In this document: one piece after another, positions 11,401-20,593 of the stretch
Layout: the number at the start of each line of letters is the position of its first letter
Position numbering within the stretch: the stretch's first letter is position 1
Virus record (IMG/VR): IMGVR_UViG_3300016656_000014
Span: 1-39,102 of that record
Source of the DNA: a virus
Taxonomy: Duplodnaviria; Caudoviricetes
Length of the DNA: 39,102 nt
Direction: 5' to 3' (one strand)
Translations under genes and position numbers: made by a program
The notes under the pieces: generated by a model
Databases searched by the model: none
What the model saw: only the letters and a program-made list of their open reading frames with translations
Told to the model about the DNA's origin: nothing

Positions 11401-14400
11401 GTCCAAAGATTTTTGGACAACCACGGTAAATTCATAAAATTCTCTGTAACCAGTAAGTCCGGGTCTTTGCACAGCAATGTCATCCAATAATGATTGCATT
11501 TCGGCAAAAATTGTTCTTGATGATGCTATGTCGCCAGAAACAAAGGTGTCAATACCATTTTTTATCGCAGAGTAAGCACTGTAAATTGAGAGGTGTTCTT
11601 TTTGCCAATTGTTGCGAAGTGTTTCAATGTCTTCATCTATTTTCGCAATCTGCTTGATTGTTTCTGTGTCCGCAACATACCTGCCGCCGGTCTGAACACG
11701 ACGAGAACCAATCTCATCAATAATCTTTCGCTGCTTAGCAACATAATCAACGGCATCCTTTGCCGACTTCCACAACTTCGCCCTCTCTGTCACACCCTCA
11801 GACAACTCTTTAGCCAACTGTGCCTGCGCAGCCAAACCGCCAACACCACCACCATTGGCATCATAAACCGCACGCAACTCGCGTGCGGTCAAAAAGAAGA
11901 ACGCATCAGCCATCTCCGCATGATTGTCACCAATCGTAGAAGCACGACCAATAATCTCATTCACACGCTCAGTTGACAATCTGCGCTTCGACTTCCCAGC
12001 CCTAGCCATTGCAGCACGAGTCGCGCGACCACCCTCAAACAAATCAGGAATACTGTTCAACAACTTGCCGACATCACCAATGTCGTTCAACGAATCAGAC
12101 AACCACTTCTGACCCAAATCAGCAGAATTCTCATACCCCGTGTTCGAGAACGGTCGCATCAAAATGTTGAGAATTTCATTCACCTTCTCGGTGCCAGAAA
12201 ACAAACCTTCCTGCAAATGTTCTTCAAGCACACGATAAGTGTCCATGTCCGAATCCGCTAAACGGATTCGCTCATAGATGTTCTGCAACGCTGGACCCAA
12301 CTCGTCACCATACAGGCGGTAATACTCAACAGTTTCCTCGGCACGCTTGAATGCAGCCACAGCATCCTTGGCCTTCTGCTCCAACGCCTCCAACAGTTGC
12401 TCAGCCTGCTCGGCAGAAACAGTATTGTTGGCGATGCTTTGACGCATAACCTCGGCTTGACGACCAAGTTCAAAACCCTCATCAATAGAACGACGCAGCG
12501 CATCATCCATGTACTGCATCACAAGGTTCTTTTCGTCAAACATCGCAGCCAACGCAACAGCCTCATTCTGCTGCTTTTCAATAACAGCATTCAACTTCTG
12601 TTGCAACACAGACGCCCTGTCGGCGGCTGCCTGCGCAGCCCCAACCGCACGCTCACCCGCGCGAACCTCACCACGAACATCCACAATCTCACGCTGAACG
12701 GCACTAGCCGCAGAACGACGATAATTCGTATCAAAATCCTGCTTGATGATACGAACCAACTCTTCGGCATTCGACCGAGCAACACCAGACAGGCGAGCAA
12801 CCTCATCAGTCTTGTCCTTGACCATGCGTTCCAGCGAACGCAAATAGGCTGGGTCAATCTCACCCTGTGTTCGCAGCAGGCGAACCAAATCGCTGTTCTT
12901 CAACTCATCAAGCAGCGAAAACGCTTCAATCGCGCCACGCACAGTCTGCTCATAGCCAGCAAGAATCTTGCGTGTGCTCGTCTCAAACAAATCAAAATCA
13001 AGACCAGTGTGCTTGCGCCACAACGCATTCAACTCATCAATCGAACCAGTCTGAATAACATCCTCAGTGCCCAAGAACTTTGTTTTCGGTTTGAAGTATC
13101 GTGCAGCAAGGTTGTTGTTCATGTCCAACACATCAACACTTGTCTGCTCATCCAACAACTTCGCCCACGGGCTAGTGCTATTCTTCAAACGCCAACGGTA
13201 CGCTTCCTGTGTCTGAACGTGCGGAATATAGCGCGGTCTGCCCGTAACCGGGTCAACCGCGCCAATGTTCAAACGGAAACTAGGGTCAATCTTCTGACCT
13301 TCTGTTTCAAGCAGAATGCGGACCCGTTCCCAATGGTCCTGCACCCCAGACATCGCAGCACGCTGCGACGGAGACAACGTATCAATGTCGGCAGTCTCAA
13401 TAAAACGGTGAATCTGGTCATCAAACTCAACAACATCAGGTCGGTCTGCCACCTCTTTGGCGTCACGCAAATACTGCTGCCCATACGAAGCGCCACGACG
13501 ACGACCATTCTCCGCACCAGTCAATCCCGCCATCACCAAATCAACTTTGTCTTTCGGCAGACGACCAGAAGCAATGTCTGCCCTTGTCGTGCTCAAATCA
13601 CCAAACGTTCCAGACGCACCACGAGGCGTATACAAGTACTGCAACTTCTTGCCGATATTTGTGTTCGTGATACCGAGACGCGCTTTCACCAAACCAGTCT
13701 CAAGCGCAGAAGCAATCGGACCAGAACCGGGCAGGCGCACACGAGAACCAAACATGTACAAACCATTGCGCTGCAAACCGATAACTTTCGCAATATCATC
13801 TGGCACAGCAGACTTACCGCGCGAAGCAACAGCAGCAACCTCATCAGCATTACCGCCGTATTGGCGCACAAGATTTGCCAAAGCAAATCGACCCTCACGA
13901 CCAGTTATGTTCTTCGTTCCCAAAGCCGCACGCAACGCAACATCCTGCGCGCCAACCTTTGCGGTTGCGCGCAAACCAGCAGCACCAGCACCCCTCGCAA
14001 CAGACTTAGCGGCCACAGTGCCACCCAACGTCACATACGTCAACGGGTCCAACGCCACATCGCCAATAAACCCGACAATACGACCCTTCCAACCCTTCAT
14101 CGGCGCAACACGACCAAACCCAAACGTCGGGTCATTGAACTGTGTCTTCAAATCCTTGAACGAAGCAGTCGTATTCGGGTCAAGGTCCAAATAGTCGTTA
14201 GCCTCCTTCAACCCTGTGATAACAGCACGCCGAGGCGCATCAATAACATTCAACCCACCCAACACCACCTTGCCGACAGGCGAACCCAACACGCTTGCCA
14301 ACCTGCCAGTCGCACCAGTCTGCGCAGAACCACCCTGCTGAATCCCCTGAATCGCATCAGCCAACCTCGGCGTAGACGCAAACGCCCGACCAGCAGCATC

Positions 14401-14517
14401 ACGCAACTGCGCACCAGTCGCAGCCTGCTGTGTACGGAACGGCTGCTCAGGGGCAGGCAAACGTTTTACGTTTGCCAACCTGCTCAACAGTTCATCAATG
14501 TTCGGGTCAACCGCCAT
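5455..14517 (-). CDS. Giant (3020 aa) putative internal virion / DNA-ejection protein
   Basis: Located after the tail-tubular genes; long helical and coiled-coil stretches; DPLTY, PGYHVRN and FDY...IIPFW-type motifs seen in large podophage internal proteins. Confidence 0.65.
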   Translation of the reverse strand: MAVDPNIDELLSRLANVKRLPAPEQPFRTQQAATGAQLRDAAGRAFASTPRLADAIQGIQQGGSAQTGATGRLASVLGSPVGKVVLGGLNVIDAPRRAVITGLKEANDYLDLDPNTTASFKDLKTQFNDPTFGFGRVAPMKGWKGRIVGFIGDVALDPLTYVTLGGTVAAKSVARGAGAAGLRATAKVGAQDVALRAALGTKNITGREGRFALANLVRQYGGNADEVAAVASRGKSAVPDDIAKVIGLQRNGLYMFGSRVRLPGSGPIASALETGLVKARLGITNTNIGKKLQYLYTPRGASGTFGDLSTTRADIASGRLPKDKVDLVMAGLTGAENGRRRGASYGQQYLRDAKEVADRPDVVEFDDQIHRFIETADIDTLSPSQRAAMSGVQDHWERVRILLETEGQKIDPSFRLNIGAVDPVTGRPRYIPHVQTQEAYRWRLKNSTSPWAKLLDEQTSVDVLDMNNNLAARYFKPKTKFLGTEDVIQTGSIDELNALWRKHTGLDFDLFETSTRKILAGYEQTVRGAIEAFSLLDELKNSDLVRLLRTQGEIDPAYLRSLERMVKDKTDEVARLSGVARSNAEELVRIIKQDFDTNYRRSAASAVQREIVDVRGEVRAGERAVGAAQAAADRASVLQQKLNAVIEKQQNEAVALAAMFDEKNLVMQYMDDALRRSIDEGFELGRQAEVMRQSIANNTVSAEQAEQLLEALEQKAKDAVAAFKRAEETVEYYRLYGDELGPALQNIYERIRLADSDMDTYRVLEEHLQEGLFSGTEKVNEILNILMRPFSNTGYENSADLGQKWLSDSLNDIGDVGKLLNSIPDLFEGGRATRAAMARAGKSKRRLSTERVNEIIGRASTIGDNHAEMADAFFFLTARELRAVYDANGGGVGGLAAQAQLAKELSEGVTERAKLWKSAKDAVDYVAKQRKIIDEIGSRRVQTGGRYVADTETIKQIAKIDEDIETLRNNWQKEHLSIYSAYSAIKNGIDTFVSGDIASSRTIFAEMQSLLDDIAVQRPGLTGYREFYEFTVVVQKSLDNIDNGELPAKYGIDNLWKQIDEFIRREFTDERQLRQLTNDRRRLEQNALDALKRDKRATDVSAELLESSRDAGTKLANYHILHATRLAMDAIGNLTPNNSAPSEALFAFARSGAARQQLKHVNDYQRTIAVAEQVMERVRSTVFGERSVADRATVLLKAIQDLPDNEREAVYAVIGDLSYIEKQLSVGTKIEVARRTTQEYVNVRDRVWALVYKDVDWRSQFEIEQMDRYARVPSRVKRYGGDATGAPAMYDDEGKRIGAASQAQQAEINARAREARNRILRMESATPDALKREIGSLVNKGEITPEEAIELRAAVDSAERAAKQTQIAARERAKATGVGERAAKRRARGVLRSADETFGMSRAFWFATQTREDGSTLSNQRILDFFTMVFGDGEVRVSNSGGFKRPTSGRDIDELNYKKITEGIINRAKADKRAEIQKLADEGVKGEVRAQALQDIELNYWRTLGNEENALVDFNRVAKILDDIEREKVNVKMLKADLADKTARGAYTDQTAASLRAAEGRIKNLRKSLDAMEREATQLVTRGTASPEQTFKYISIPDSVLGKTRMRTALRAEALRTLARDPGAASAFGIETGLNRNEVLSGTFGWVEYLRGRLAEQTAAVEAVERAKASLGKVEGKVARASQARKSAIETAEQIASNPKLARIVDAAIDIVSDDEVVRDSATRRLVQPKKARFLGAKRLGADDGPIPAEVAKIVNDQRRTKQTLLEIEKTAEYTAAVERQFRHKVLLTLAGLNLTDEALEFPQATFNEEVLGSLRRFAKTGSGVRDNIDPNSVFVFDMEEASLDNIVDAVLNAKADKYVFSIDGVQIPQNFVRDAIIKRNNGNFRYMTEVKDVQGRKMIHYVDKTTGTTMMFDEVAPEGFVPSEVVVPEPIYTYKRAGAANMISIGDVDTGAQMTQKYNDVLNGRLTVFRKRGKISVGKEGDSFFDPSTAYAVYGSPQGNRLYRMDTIVGVKAPRGSNPLDPQNLFDERQGRGIIDGFGSLFEKPSTPFSEQGRKLRAQLAKKREQYDELAASHAKRMDEMRSASSERVRRSKQAAAASLSEQMEELAAEMDDLGRRISNSSPVTQMVTVENVVRVIDYLKSNPELLRRLGVDVEVPPVTVDALGRTVRAAGPTKPPTDDDVLDGLRTYVEVLEYGSMNPRKGQPKKNVLPTEEVKRRRRVLNEIFRDSPEGQLLSRHRNATNRLAANQRELISIKAGGKEVELYDSLLATREEVARAERALGLTEKNLGKALRKQKPAEGETVAAAAERIALEEEARLSAQPLKAFEGSVSDEAKSDALRAVRQTEDVSEWYSARTGVVGENLKALRATIAADTAGVKKLQEQQQTILERIATINKVLAGEGTTRQESALLGEEMRLLRMQLNGVGKEKGLKVRINEALRDIAALEKQRKTIEAQLVQERSAVDVGFYMDLNLNDARKRLDLLNASLEDMRSLRARAKVGKGKNDGWLVEFDEFTAEVSDLMNRLNSMPDGPDTRRLANVLTGYLEGKANLLRATGELGDVRAMEVMSRSGQMFAAGDHVIFSQVMDDGWQKLTGSGALGSFEGLQMKPEVAEILTNMGRLRDPVFVKQMRIWFGPYTRFFKAWALSTPGYHVRNSLTNAFMLVAAGGRPQFLADGMREYNQLYKALKSGTSIDDYLSSLPAGRRSTVSQAYEAMLGSGVGQSEEIAFDTAGVLTNNPITRANRRAGAWVEQHSRFMLAYDGIRQGLDINGATARTRKFLFDYEDISTLDAYARSIIPFWMWTSRNLPLTIQNIYMNPRPYQWYQSVRRNLEDEEQTQGMPLYLREAGGFALPGGNLAATPDLGFNRLQADVRMLTEPTRFAANINPALRIPAELIANKSFFRNREFAQTPVNVEGPVGNLASLLGAPIGMGGSSQGQPYVDERLLYALTNAVPLLNQAERFIPSQQYYQQRGSTNPLLGFLGAPVREVTPQMRTSEQKRLLAELQKLVASQPKPAEE

Positions 14518-15734
14518 CAGCCGCCACCACGCAAGAAATTAGAACGAGCAGTCATCGTCTCTTGGAACGGCGTGTAGCCGACGCTGCGAGCCTTAGCCTG
14601 CGCAAGCGTACCAAGAATCGAAGTCAAGTCGTTCATCCATTGCGCCCTTCGCTTGTTCTCAGCAACATCAGCCTCAACACCGGCACTCCGCTCAACAACA
14701 CCCTGAGCAATGCGCCCGAAACGTGCACGCTCACCAGCGTCATCAACCTCACCAGAACGTGTTTGCTGCTTCCTGTTTTTGCCGTACAAAATCGCACCAA
14801 CAGGGTCAGGACCCAAACTAACTTTCGGCAACTGTCGCCCAATCGTTTCCTGACCAATGTAATTGACGTTACGAATCGCCTCATCATAAAGCGGGTCCGT
14901 AATACCACGATAAACCGCAGCAGCACCAGCAGGAATCTGCTCCAACATCTTGTACAACGGAATCAATCCCATCAAACCAGCCTCACCACGACCCATCGGT
15001 GTGTTCGCAAGATTACGACGCAACGCCTCAGGAATACTCTCAGCATCCACATCAGTCGGGAACGGTGCCCTCTTGGCGGCAGCCTGTTCGGTACGTTTCT
15101 GCGCTGCAGCCTGCTGCTGCTGAATATACTTCAAAGCAGCCGAACGACTCTTGCTTCTCTGAGAAAGTTTCCCACCCTCAGCCTGCAACGCAGCATTCTG
15201 CCCAGCCAACAACTCAAACAACTCTGGCGCAATCTGCTCTGGCGCAAAATCCAGACTCGGGTCAGGAACACCACCCTTCGACAACGTATCATCCGCACCC
15301 TGACGCTGCTGCTTCGTTTTAGCAACACGATAGTTATTCCACTCAGAAAACGCCGTGTTGGCAAACGACTGCAAATCCTTCGTCTCACCCTCCTGATTGA
15401 TTACACCGGGATACAGTTCAGCCTGCTTCGCCGTGTACTCCTCAATCTGGCGTTTCAAATCCCACGGGTTAGCCCCAGAATAGATTTCATTTGCAATAAT
15501 CTTGCGAATGTCAGTATCTGGAAGCCCCAAAGCAGCCTTGAAGTTCGGCGCATAATCCATCCACAACAACTCATCATCCTGAGCCGACTGAGCAGCGGTA
15601 TCCCCACCATAGAACGTGCCAGTCAAATATCCCAGTTCAGGCGAAAACAGCGGATTGACATCAGACTGCGTTAGGTTGCCCTTCTGCTGAAGGGACGCAG
15701 CCAACGCCAACAGAGAATCAAGAGTGTCAGACAT
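14517..15734 (-). CDS. Putative internal virion protein
   Basis: 405-aa Ala/Gln-rich ORF overlapping the start of the giant gene. Confidence 0.55.
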   Translation of the reverse strand: MSDTLDSLLALAASLQQKGNLTQSDVNPLFSPELGYLTGTFYGGDTAAQSAQDDELLWMDYAPNFKAALGLPDTDIRKIIANEIYSGANPWDLKRQIEEYTAKQAELYPGVINQEGETKDLQSFANTAFSEWNNYRVAKTKQQRQGADDTLSKGGVPDPSLDFAPEQIAPELFELLAGQNAALQAEGGKLSQRSKSRSAALKYIQQQQAAAQKRTEQAAAKRAPFPTDVDAESIPEALRRNLANTPMGRGEAGLMGLIPLYKMLEQIPAGAAAVYRGITDPLYDEAIRNVNYIGQETIGRQLPKVSLGPDPVGAILYGKNRKQQTRSGEVDDAGERARFGRIAQGVVERSAGVEADVAENKRRAQWMNDLTSILGTLAQAKARSVGYTPFQETMTARSNFLRGGG

Positions 15735-15735
15735 C

Positions 15736-15759
15736 TCTACCCAATACCCCTTTTGCTAC
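15736..15759 (-). promoter_or_regulatory. Putative late promoter GTAGC-N14-GTAGA
   Basis: In the intergenic gap before ATG15734. Confidence 0.5.
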
Positions 15760-17210
15760 TCCATGCCAAACATGCCCAATGTGGGCGCAGCCAAACGTTG
15801 GGCGGCAGCAATACGAGCCAACTCTTCCCTACGACGCTTATCCTCTTCCTCGCGAGCCAACTGTGCAGCAAGAGCGCGTTGCGCAGCCGCAGCCTGCTGG
15901 TCCTGAATGACACGCAAATATTCTGGAACCCCACCCTTCACATTCGGATTTCCAATACCCTGAGAAAGAATTGTTTCAATTGTTTGCGGATTCATCCCAG
16001 CAGCCACAAGAGTGGGGGCGTCTCTTTCGTAATTGAAATCTCGAGTCGATGGCGCCTCCAGTTGTGGGGTTGTGCCTGTCGGTGTGCCTGTCGGCGTTGC
16101 TGTCGCCGCGCTGACAGGAGGCGGAACCGTGCCACCAGCCGTGGGCGTACCACCAGCCGCAGCAATCGCCTGAGCCAACTCATACTGACGAGCCGCAGCA
16201 GCAGCCTCCTGCTCCATACGAGCCTGAGCCAAACGAGCCTGAATCTCAGCCAAAGCATCAGCCTGAGCCTTGGCAGCCTGCGACTGATACGTCGCACGCT
16301 GCGTACCCAAAGTCTCACCAGACAAACGACGACCCATCTGCAACTCAGCCAACCGAGACAAATCAGACTGCTGAGCCGAAGCACCCAACACATTCAACAA
16401 ATTCTGAAAACCAGCAGCACCCTGCTGCGCTGCAGCCTGCTCAGCAGCAACCTGTGCACGCACAGGGTCAGCCGACACACCATACGCAGACAGAATCTGT
16501 TCCATCGCATCAGGTGCCGCACCAGCGGACACCTGAACATTCGCATACGGATTGTTCGGATTGCTGCGCAAAAACTCTTCAAGCGCGTTATAACCAGCAC
16601 CAGTCAAACCCTCGGCAGTTTGATATCCGGCAGCAATATTCGCCAAAGCCGCCTCATACGCACGATTCACGTCCCCTTCGGTGCGTTTGCCTTCGGCGCC
16701 AATCATCTCCAACATCTTGTCCACACCAGTGCGATAACCACCAGTTGAATACAGGTTCTGCAAACCCGCTAACTGGCGTGCCTGCAAAGCCTGCTGGTCT
16801 GCATACTGCTGTCTACTAAACGCTTCTTCGCGCGCCTGCGTAGCCAAAGCGTCTGCGTATTTCTGTGCGTCAAATTCTTCGGCTCGGCGTGCCGCACCTT
16901 TTTCCCAATCAAATTTTTGACGCGCCAAAATGTCACTCGCTGAGGGACCAGTTGTTTTCGTTGCGGTGCGCGGCGTTGCCGCAATCCCACCCAAAGCCCT
17001 CTCTAGAAAAGACTTACCAGCGGAAGAATTCAGCCAATCCATTGGGTTTTGAGTAAAATCAAAATCGCTTCCACCACCAGAAGAACCAGTCGCTGCCCCC
17101 ATTCTCGCAGACGTCGGATTCTGCGGTTTGTTGCCAGAAACATTTGCTTTCGGGCGCCTAAAATCAAAACGCCTATCCTCATTGTTGTATCTAACCACTC
17201 CACGTACCAT
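15756..17210 (-). CDS. Putative internal virion protein (Ala/Gln-rich coiled coil)
   Basis: 484-aa ORF; composition and position. Confidence 0.55.
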   Translation of the reverse strand: MVRGVVRYNNEDRRFDFRRPKANVSGNKPQNPTSARMGAATGSSGGGSDFDFTQNPMDWLNSSAGKSFLERALGGIAATPRTATKTTGPSASDILARQKFDWEKGAARRAEEFDAQKYADALATQAREEAFSRQQYADQQALQARQLAGLQNLYSTGGYRTGVDKMLEMIGAEGKRTEGDVNRAYEAALANIAAGYQTAEGLTGAGYNALEEFLRSNPNNPYANVQVSAGAAPDAMEQILSAYGVSADPVRAQVAAEQAAAQQGAAGFQNLLNVLGASAQQSDLSRLAELQMGRRLSGETLGTQRATYQSQAAKAQADALAEIQARLAQARMEQEAAAAARQYELAQAIAAAGGTPTAGGTVPPPVSAATATPTGTPTGTTPQLEAPSTRDFNYERDAPTLVAAGMNPQTIETILSQGIGNPNVKGGVPEYLRVIQDQQAAAAQRALAAQLAREEEDKRRREELARIAAAQRLAAPTLGMFGME

Positions 17211-17644
17211 TATGCTGCTCCTGCTCTAAACGCAAACAACTGCCTCGCAGCGTCCGCTATCTCTCTTGCTTTCTCAGCCTCCAAATCCCCAAGCGCAGCA
17301 CGATACTGCTGCAACAAACGGGCATCCTCCAAATCAAACCCCCTCATCTGCTCAGCCTGACCCAAATCAAACTCCGACAACCCACGTGCACGCTCAGAAC
17401 CAAACTCCTGCATCGCACGGCTAAACAAACCGCTACGAACCGAAGGCGACACAAGATTCCTCTGCGAATACGCACGAACCAACTGCGGCTGTGCAGTGTC
17501 ATACTGACGCAACGCCTGCATCCGCTGGCGTGCGCCACGCTGCTGAGCAAGGGTGCGCGAATACTGATTCGCCGCAGCCGTAGCAGCATAATTCTCCGAA
17601 TAGCCGCGACGACGAGCCTCATAAGCACTAGGGTCGTACGCCAT
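17210..17644 (-). CDS. Putative small internal virion protein
   Basis: MAYDPSAYE start, Gln/Arg/Ala-rich helix, overlaps the next gene. Confidence 0.55.
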   Translation of the reverse strand: MAYDPSAYEARRRGYSENYAATAAANQYSRTLAQQRGARQRMQALRQYDTAQPQLVRAYSQRNLVSPSVRSGLFSRAMQEFGSERARGLSEFDLGQAEQMRGFDLEDARLLQQYRAALGDLEAEKAREIADAARQLFAFRAGAA

Positions 17645-17804
17645 AAGACCCCGCACCCATATTTCCCATCGCACGCCTCAACTCGTCAACCTCACGCCGC
17701 ATCTCCGCCAACTCCTTCGACAGCGACATAAAAATCTGTTGCAAACGAGCAGCATCATCCGTCGTCAACGTGTTGATAATAGGTGAAGACCAAGGGTTTC
17801 TCAT
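17628..17804 (-). CDS. Hypothetical coiled-coil protein, 58 aa (not in the ORF track)
   Basis: MRNPWSSPIINTLTTDDAARLQQIFMSLSKELAEMRREVDELRR...; ATGA overlap with the upstream gene; fills the gap exactly. Confidence 0.65.
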   Translation of the reverse strand: MRNPWSSPIINTLTTDDAARLQQIFMSLSKELAEMRREVDELRRAMGNMGAGSYGVRP

Positions 17805-18076
17805 CCGAACACCTGCACACCCAAGACAATCTGGTCCGAATCGCCAGAAGCAGTAGCGCCAGCAGCCAACTTCGCTGCAGTCACAGCACCATCAGCAATC
17901 TTTGCTGTCTCAACAGCGGCAGTACCAATCTTTGCTGCCGTAATCGCACCAGCATCAATGTTGGCACCAGTCGCCAACCCATCCACAAAGTTCTTCACAC
18001 CCGTGAAATTGCTGTTCATCTCCGAAGCCTCGATAACCGTGCCCGAAGTAAAAACGTAAGAAATAGACAGAGGCAT
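17801..18076 (-). CDS. Small tail or fibre-associated protein
   Basis: FTSGTVIEASEMNSNF N-terminus and AITAAKI/AVTAAKL repeats typical of phage tail proteins. Confidence 0.6.
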   Translation of the reverse strand: MPLSISYVFTSGTVIEASEMNSNFTGVKNFVDGLATGANIDAGAITAAKIGTAAVETAKIADGAVTAAKLAAGATASGDSDQIVLGVQVFG

Positions 18077-19686
18077 CAGCCACTCACCTTTCGATTGTTG
18101 TACTTGTAGGTAATTGAATCAATCCCCCAACCGCCGTTCGTTGGACCAGTGAACAGCAACTGCACACTGCGAGCCAAACCGAGATTGCGACCCGGCTTTA
18201 CACTCACACCTTCAGATGATGTACCCCACAAACCAGTCCCCCACAAATCAGTACCCCAATACGCGCCAGTACCCGTGCCAGACAACGTGACATCAAACTG
18301 CTTACGCTCGTTACCAGACGCCTCCTCATAGTTGTGGTACACCTTCACATTCACCAGACGCTGCGTATCAACCTGCTTGAACACGATGTCTGGGCGGCGA
18401 AACACTTTCTTCTGCGCATACGTGTTCCCATCAACCCAACCAGTGCGATAATACGAACTGAAAATGGTTGCCGTACCAGAAATGTTGTCCAACTCCTCTT
18501 CATACAAATCAACCTTCAACACGCGCGCCTGAGTCGGATGACACGCAACACGATAGTTGGTGCCGCTGTCATCAGTCCAGTCACAACCGCCAACCACGCC
18601 GTAACCGTCGTGGGTGGCGAACTGTGTGTACGCACCACGCGAACCGATAGACGGGTCAAACACATAGTTCCGCGTCGGCTGAGTCACCGTATTGTCCGGG
18701 TCGTACGGCAACGCAATCCACGCACGGCGACCAATCCACGACACCGAATACGGCCCGGTGGAAGCAGTGGACAAAAGCCGCTCGTCCACAAGTGGGCGAA
18801 GCGGCTCAAACACATCCACAATCTTGGTGCCATCATAAAAGAACACACCCTCGGGATTCGAATAGAAATACACGCCATCCTCAGACTGCGCCATGCTGTG
18901 ATGATTGTTCGTACCAAGATTCACCGACAACTCCACAACCTGAAAGTTGTCCGACGAATTACCCACAAGCAGATAGATGCCGTTCGGTTTGAACACCACA
19001 AGTTGACCAGCGACAATTGCCATCGCCCTGATACCCAAACCGCCACCGTTGAAATCGACAAAGTCGTCTTCCATCCAGTCACCCGGCAAACCCTCATGCG
19101 ACCAACGCAACCTGTTTGGATACGCCACACCATCCTCATACGTGTGCGCCACAAACAACTTGTTGGCATGCGTAATCACATGCTCAGCCCTCGGGAAATG
19201 GTTCCCAACAGGATTGTTGTACGGCTGCCAAGTCGGACCGCTCGCTGTCAACGCAGTCGCATACGTGTCACCCGTCTTCCACTTGTAGCCAACCTTACCC
19301 GAAGCAGCACCAGTCGTGATATACAGCGTGTCACCCCACGCATACATGCATGCACCATGAGAAGAAGAAGAAGCCACAGCATTGCCAGACGAATACTCCA
19401 ACTTCGTAAAATTGCCGCCATTCGACCAAAACACGTTCGTCGAATTAGCCAACATCAAACGCGACGAATCACCATAAAACGCATACAGACGCTGCGGGTC
19501 CCATGTCCCAGCCACAGCAGTCGTATTCAGCCTGTGCATCCCACCACGACTGAACACCCCACCACGAGGGTCAATCTCCACATTCAACATGTCGGGCGAC
19601 TCATTCTTCGCCAACTGAAACTGGTCGGCACGCAAGTTCAACCCGCCCGTAAAATCGTCGTATCGGTCAGCCAGCAATCTGCTCAT
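18076..19686 (-). CDS. Tail tubular protein B / P22 gp10-like nozzle
   Basis: DFTGGLN start, beta-propeller-like composition, NRLRWS motif; follows the adaptor gene. Confidence 0.7.
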   Translation of the reverse strand: MSRLLADRYDDFTGGLNLRADQFQLAKNESPDMLNVEIDPRGGVFSRGGMHRLNTTAVAGTWDPQRLYAFYGDSSRLMLANSTNVFWSNGGNFTKLEYSSGNAVASSSSHGACMYAWGDTLYITTGAASGKVGYKWKTGDTYATALTASGPTWQPYNNPVGNHFPRAEHVITHANKLFVAHTYEDGVAYPNRLRWSHEGLPGDWMEDDFVDFNGGGLGIRAMAIVAGQLVVFKPNGIYLLVGNSSDNFQVVELSVNLGTNNHHSMAQSEDGVYFYSNPEGVFFYDGTKIVDVFEPLRPLVDERLLSTASTGPYSVSWIGRRAWIALPYDPDNTVTQPTRNYVFDPSIGSRGAYTQFATHDGYGVVGGCDWTDDSGTNYRVACHPTQARVLKVDLYEEELDNISGTATIFSSYYRTGWVDGNTYAQKKVFRRPDIVFKQVDTQRLVNVKVYHNYEEASGNERKQFDVTLSGTGTGAYWGTDLWGTGLWGTSSEGVSVKPGRNLGLARSVQLLFTGPTNGGWGIDSITYKYNNRKVSG

Positions 19687-20372
19687 GAGCCAAGCGTCGC
19701 CCCCAGCGTCTGCAACCACCTACGCATCGTCGGATACTTCTTGCCACCAGACAAAAGCAGCGGTCGATGCGACCGCGGCTTCATCAAATCGCGGCGAGCC
19801 ATCGCCACGCCCTCCTCAAACGAACGCTGATACATCATCGCCATCTCGTTATCCTCTTGGCGCTGATACACGCGCGCAAGCGCGTAGTACGCCAACAGGA
19901 TGTGGAACCAGTTGTCCATGTCAATCTCGGTAGCCGTATTCGTCAACCATGTGTACGACGGGTTGCGGTACGCTCGAATCGTCAACGGGTACACCACATC
20001 GGGCTTCGGATACAGGTGAATCTGCCCATCCCACACAGCCCAAAAATAGGGGCGACCGGCAACATCCGTATTCCCCAACCACACATCCTCGGCATCATCG
20101 TAAGCAATCTCGGTGAAACGGTTACCTGATGCTGTGGTTTCCACAATTGAGATGATTTCCCGAATGTCACCGATAGCAGAAATCGTGTACGGGCGTTGAG
20201 AAGCAACCGTGTTCAATGTGTACGTTTCTTGGTAGAACGGCCATCGGCGCTCCAAGGCGACGATGCGTTGAAACGCCTCTTTCACGAACGTGTCCAGCAG
20301 CGTGTTTGGCAGGTCCACCGTGTCCAAGTCGGAGATGTCGCGCACCATCGTGCGCACTTCAGCCAGATTCAC
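19683..20372 (-). CDS. Head-tail adaptor / tail tubular protein A-like
   Basis: GRPYFW...IHLYPKPD...FHILLAYYALAR pattern; size and position. Confidence 0.65.
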   Translation of the reverse strand: MNLAEVRTMVRDISDLDTVDLPNTLLDTFVKEAFQRIVALERRWPFYQETYTLNTVASQRPYTISAIGDIREIISIVETTASGNRFTEIAYDDAEDVWLGNTDVAGRPYFWAVWDGQIHLYPKPDVVYPLTIRAYRNPSYTWLTNTATEIDMDNWFHILLAYYALARVYQRQEDNEMAMMYQRSFEEGVAMARRDLMKPRSHRPLLLSGGKKYPTMRRWLQTLGATLGS

Positions 20373-20593
20373 GACTCGTCAGCCTTCTTTTTGCTTCGCA
20401 AATGCCCGACACAGTAGTCGGTGCCCTTTGCCTTTGGTCCTTCGCAGGTGTCGTCGTTGGCGATGCAACGGTTCCTGCCGATGTAGTCACCCCCACCAGC
20501 CTGAAGTTTGGCTCCCGCCGTGCCGATTGCGGCGAGGCGGTAGTCGTTGACGGGTTGACCGTATGCGGCGTAGGCTGGTTTAGCGTTCATCAC
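20369..20593 (-). CDS. Small C3H Zn-binding protein
   Basis: RCIANDDTC...YCVGH. Confidence 0.6.
   Translation of the reverse strand: MMNAKPAYAAYGQPVNDYRLAAIGTAGAKLQAGGGDYIGRNRCIANDDTCEGPKAKGTDYCVGHLRSKKKADES

Noticed and set aside
5455-14517. Giant protein as an N4- or crAss-like virion RNA polymerase reading hairpin promoters
   Set aside because: Size and the early hairpins are suggestive, but I found neither a DxDxD (DFDxD) motif nor T7-type motifs A/B/C. Unsupported without a structure search.
12397-14577. Long + strand ORFs antisense to the late genes (726 aa here; also 6775-7938, 8945-10021, 14430-15674, 18334-19830)
   Set aside because: They are shadows of the biased codon usage on the coding minus strand, with no RBS, no motifs and implausible composition.
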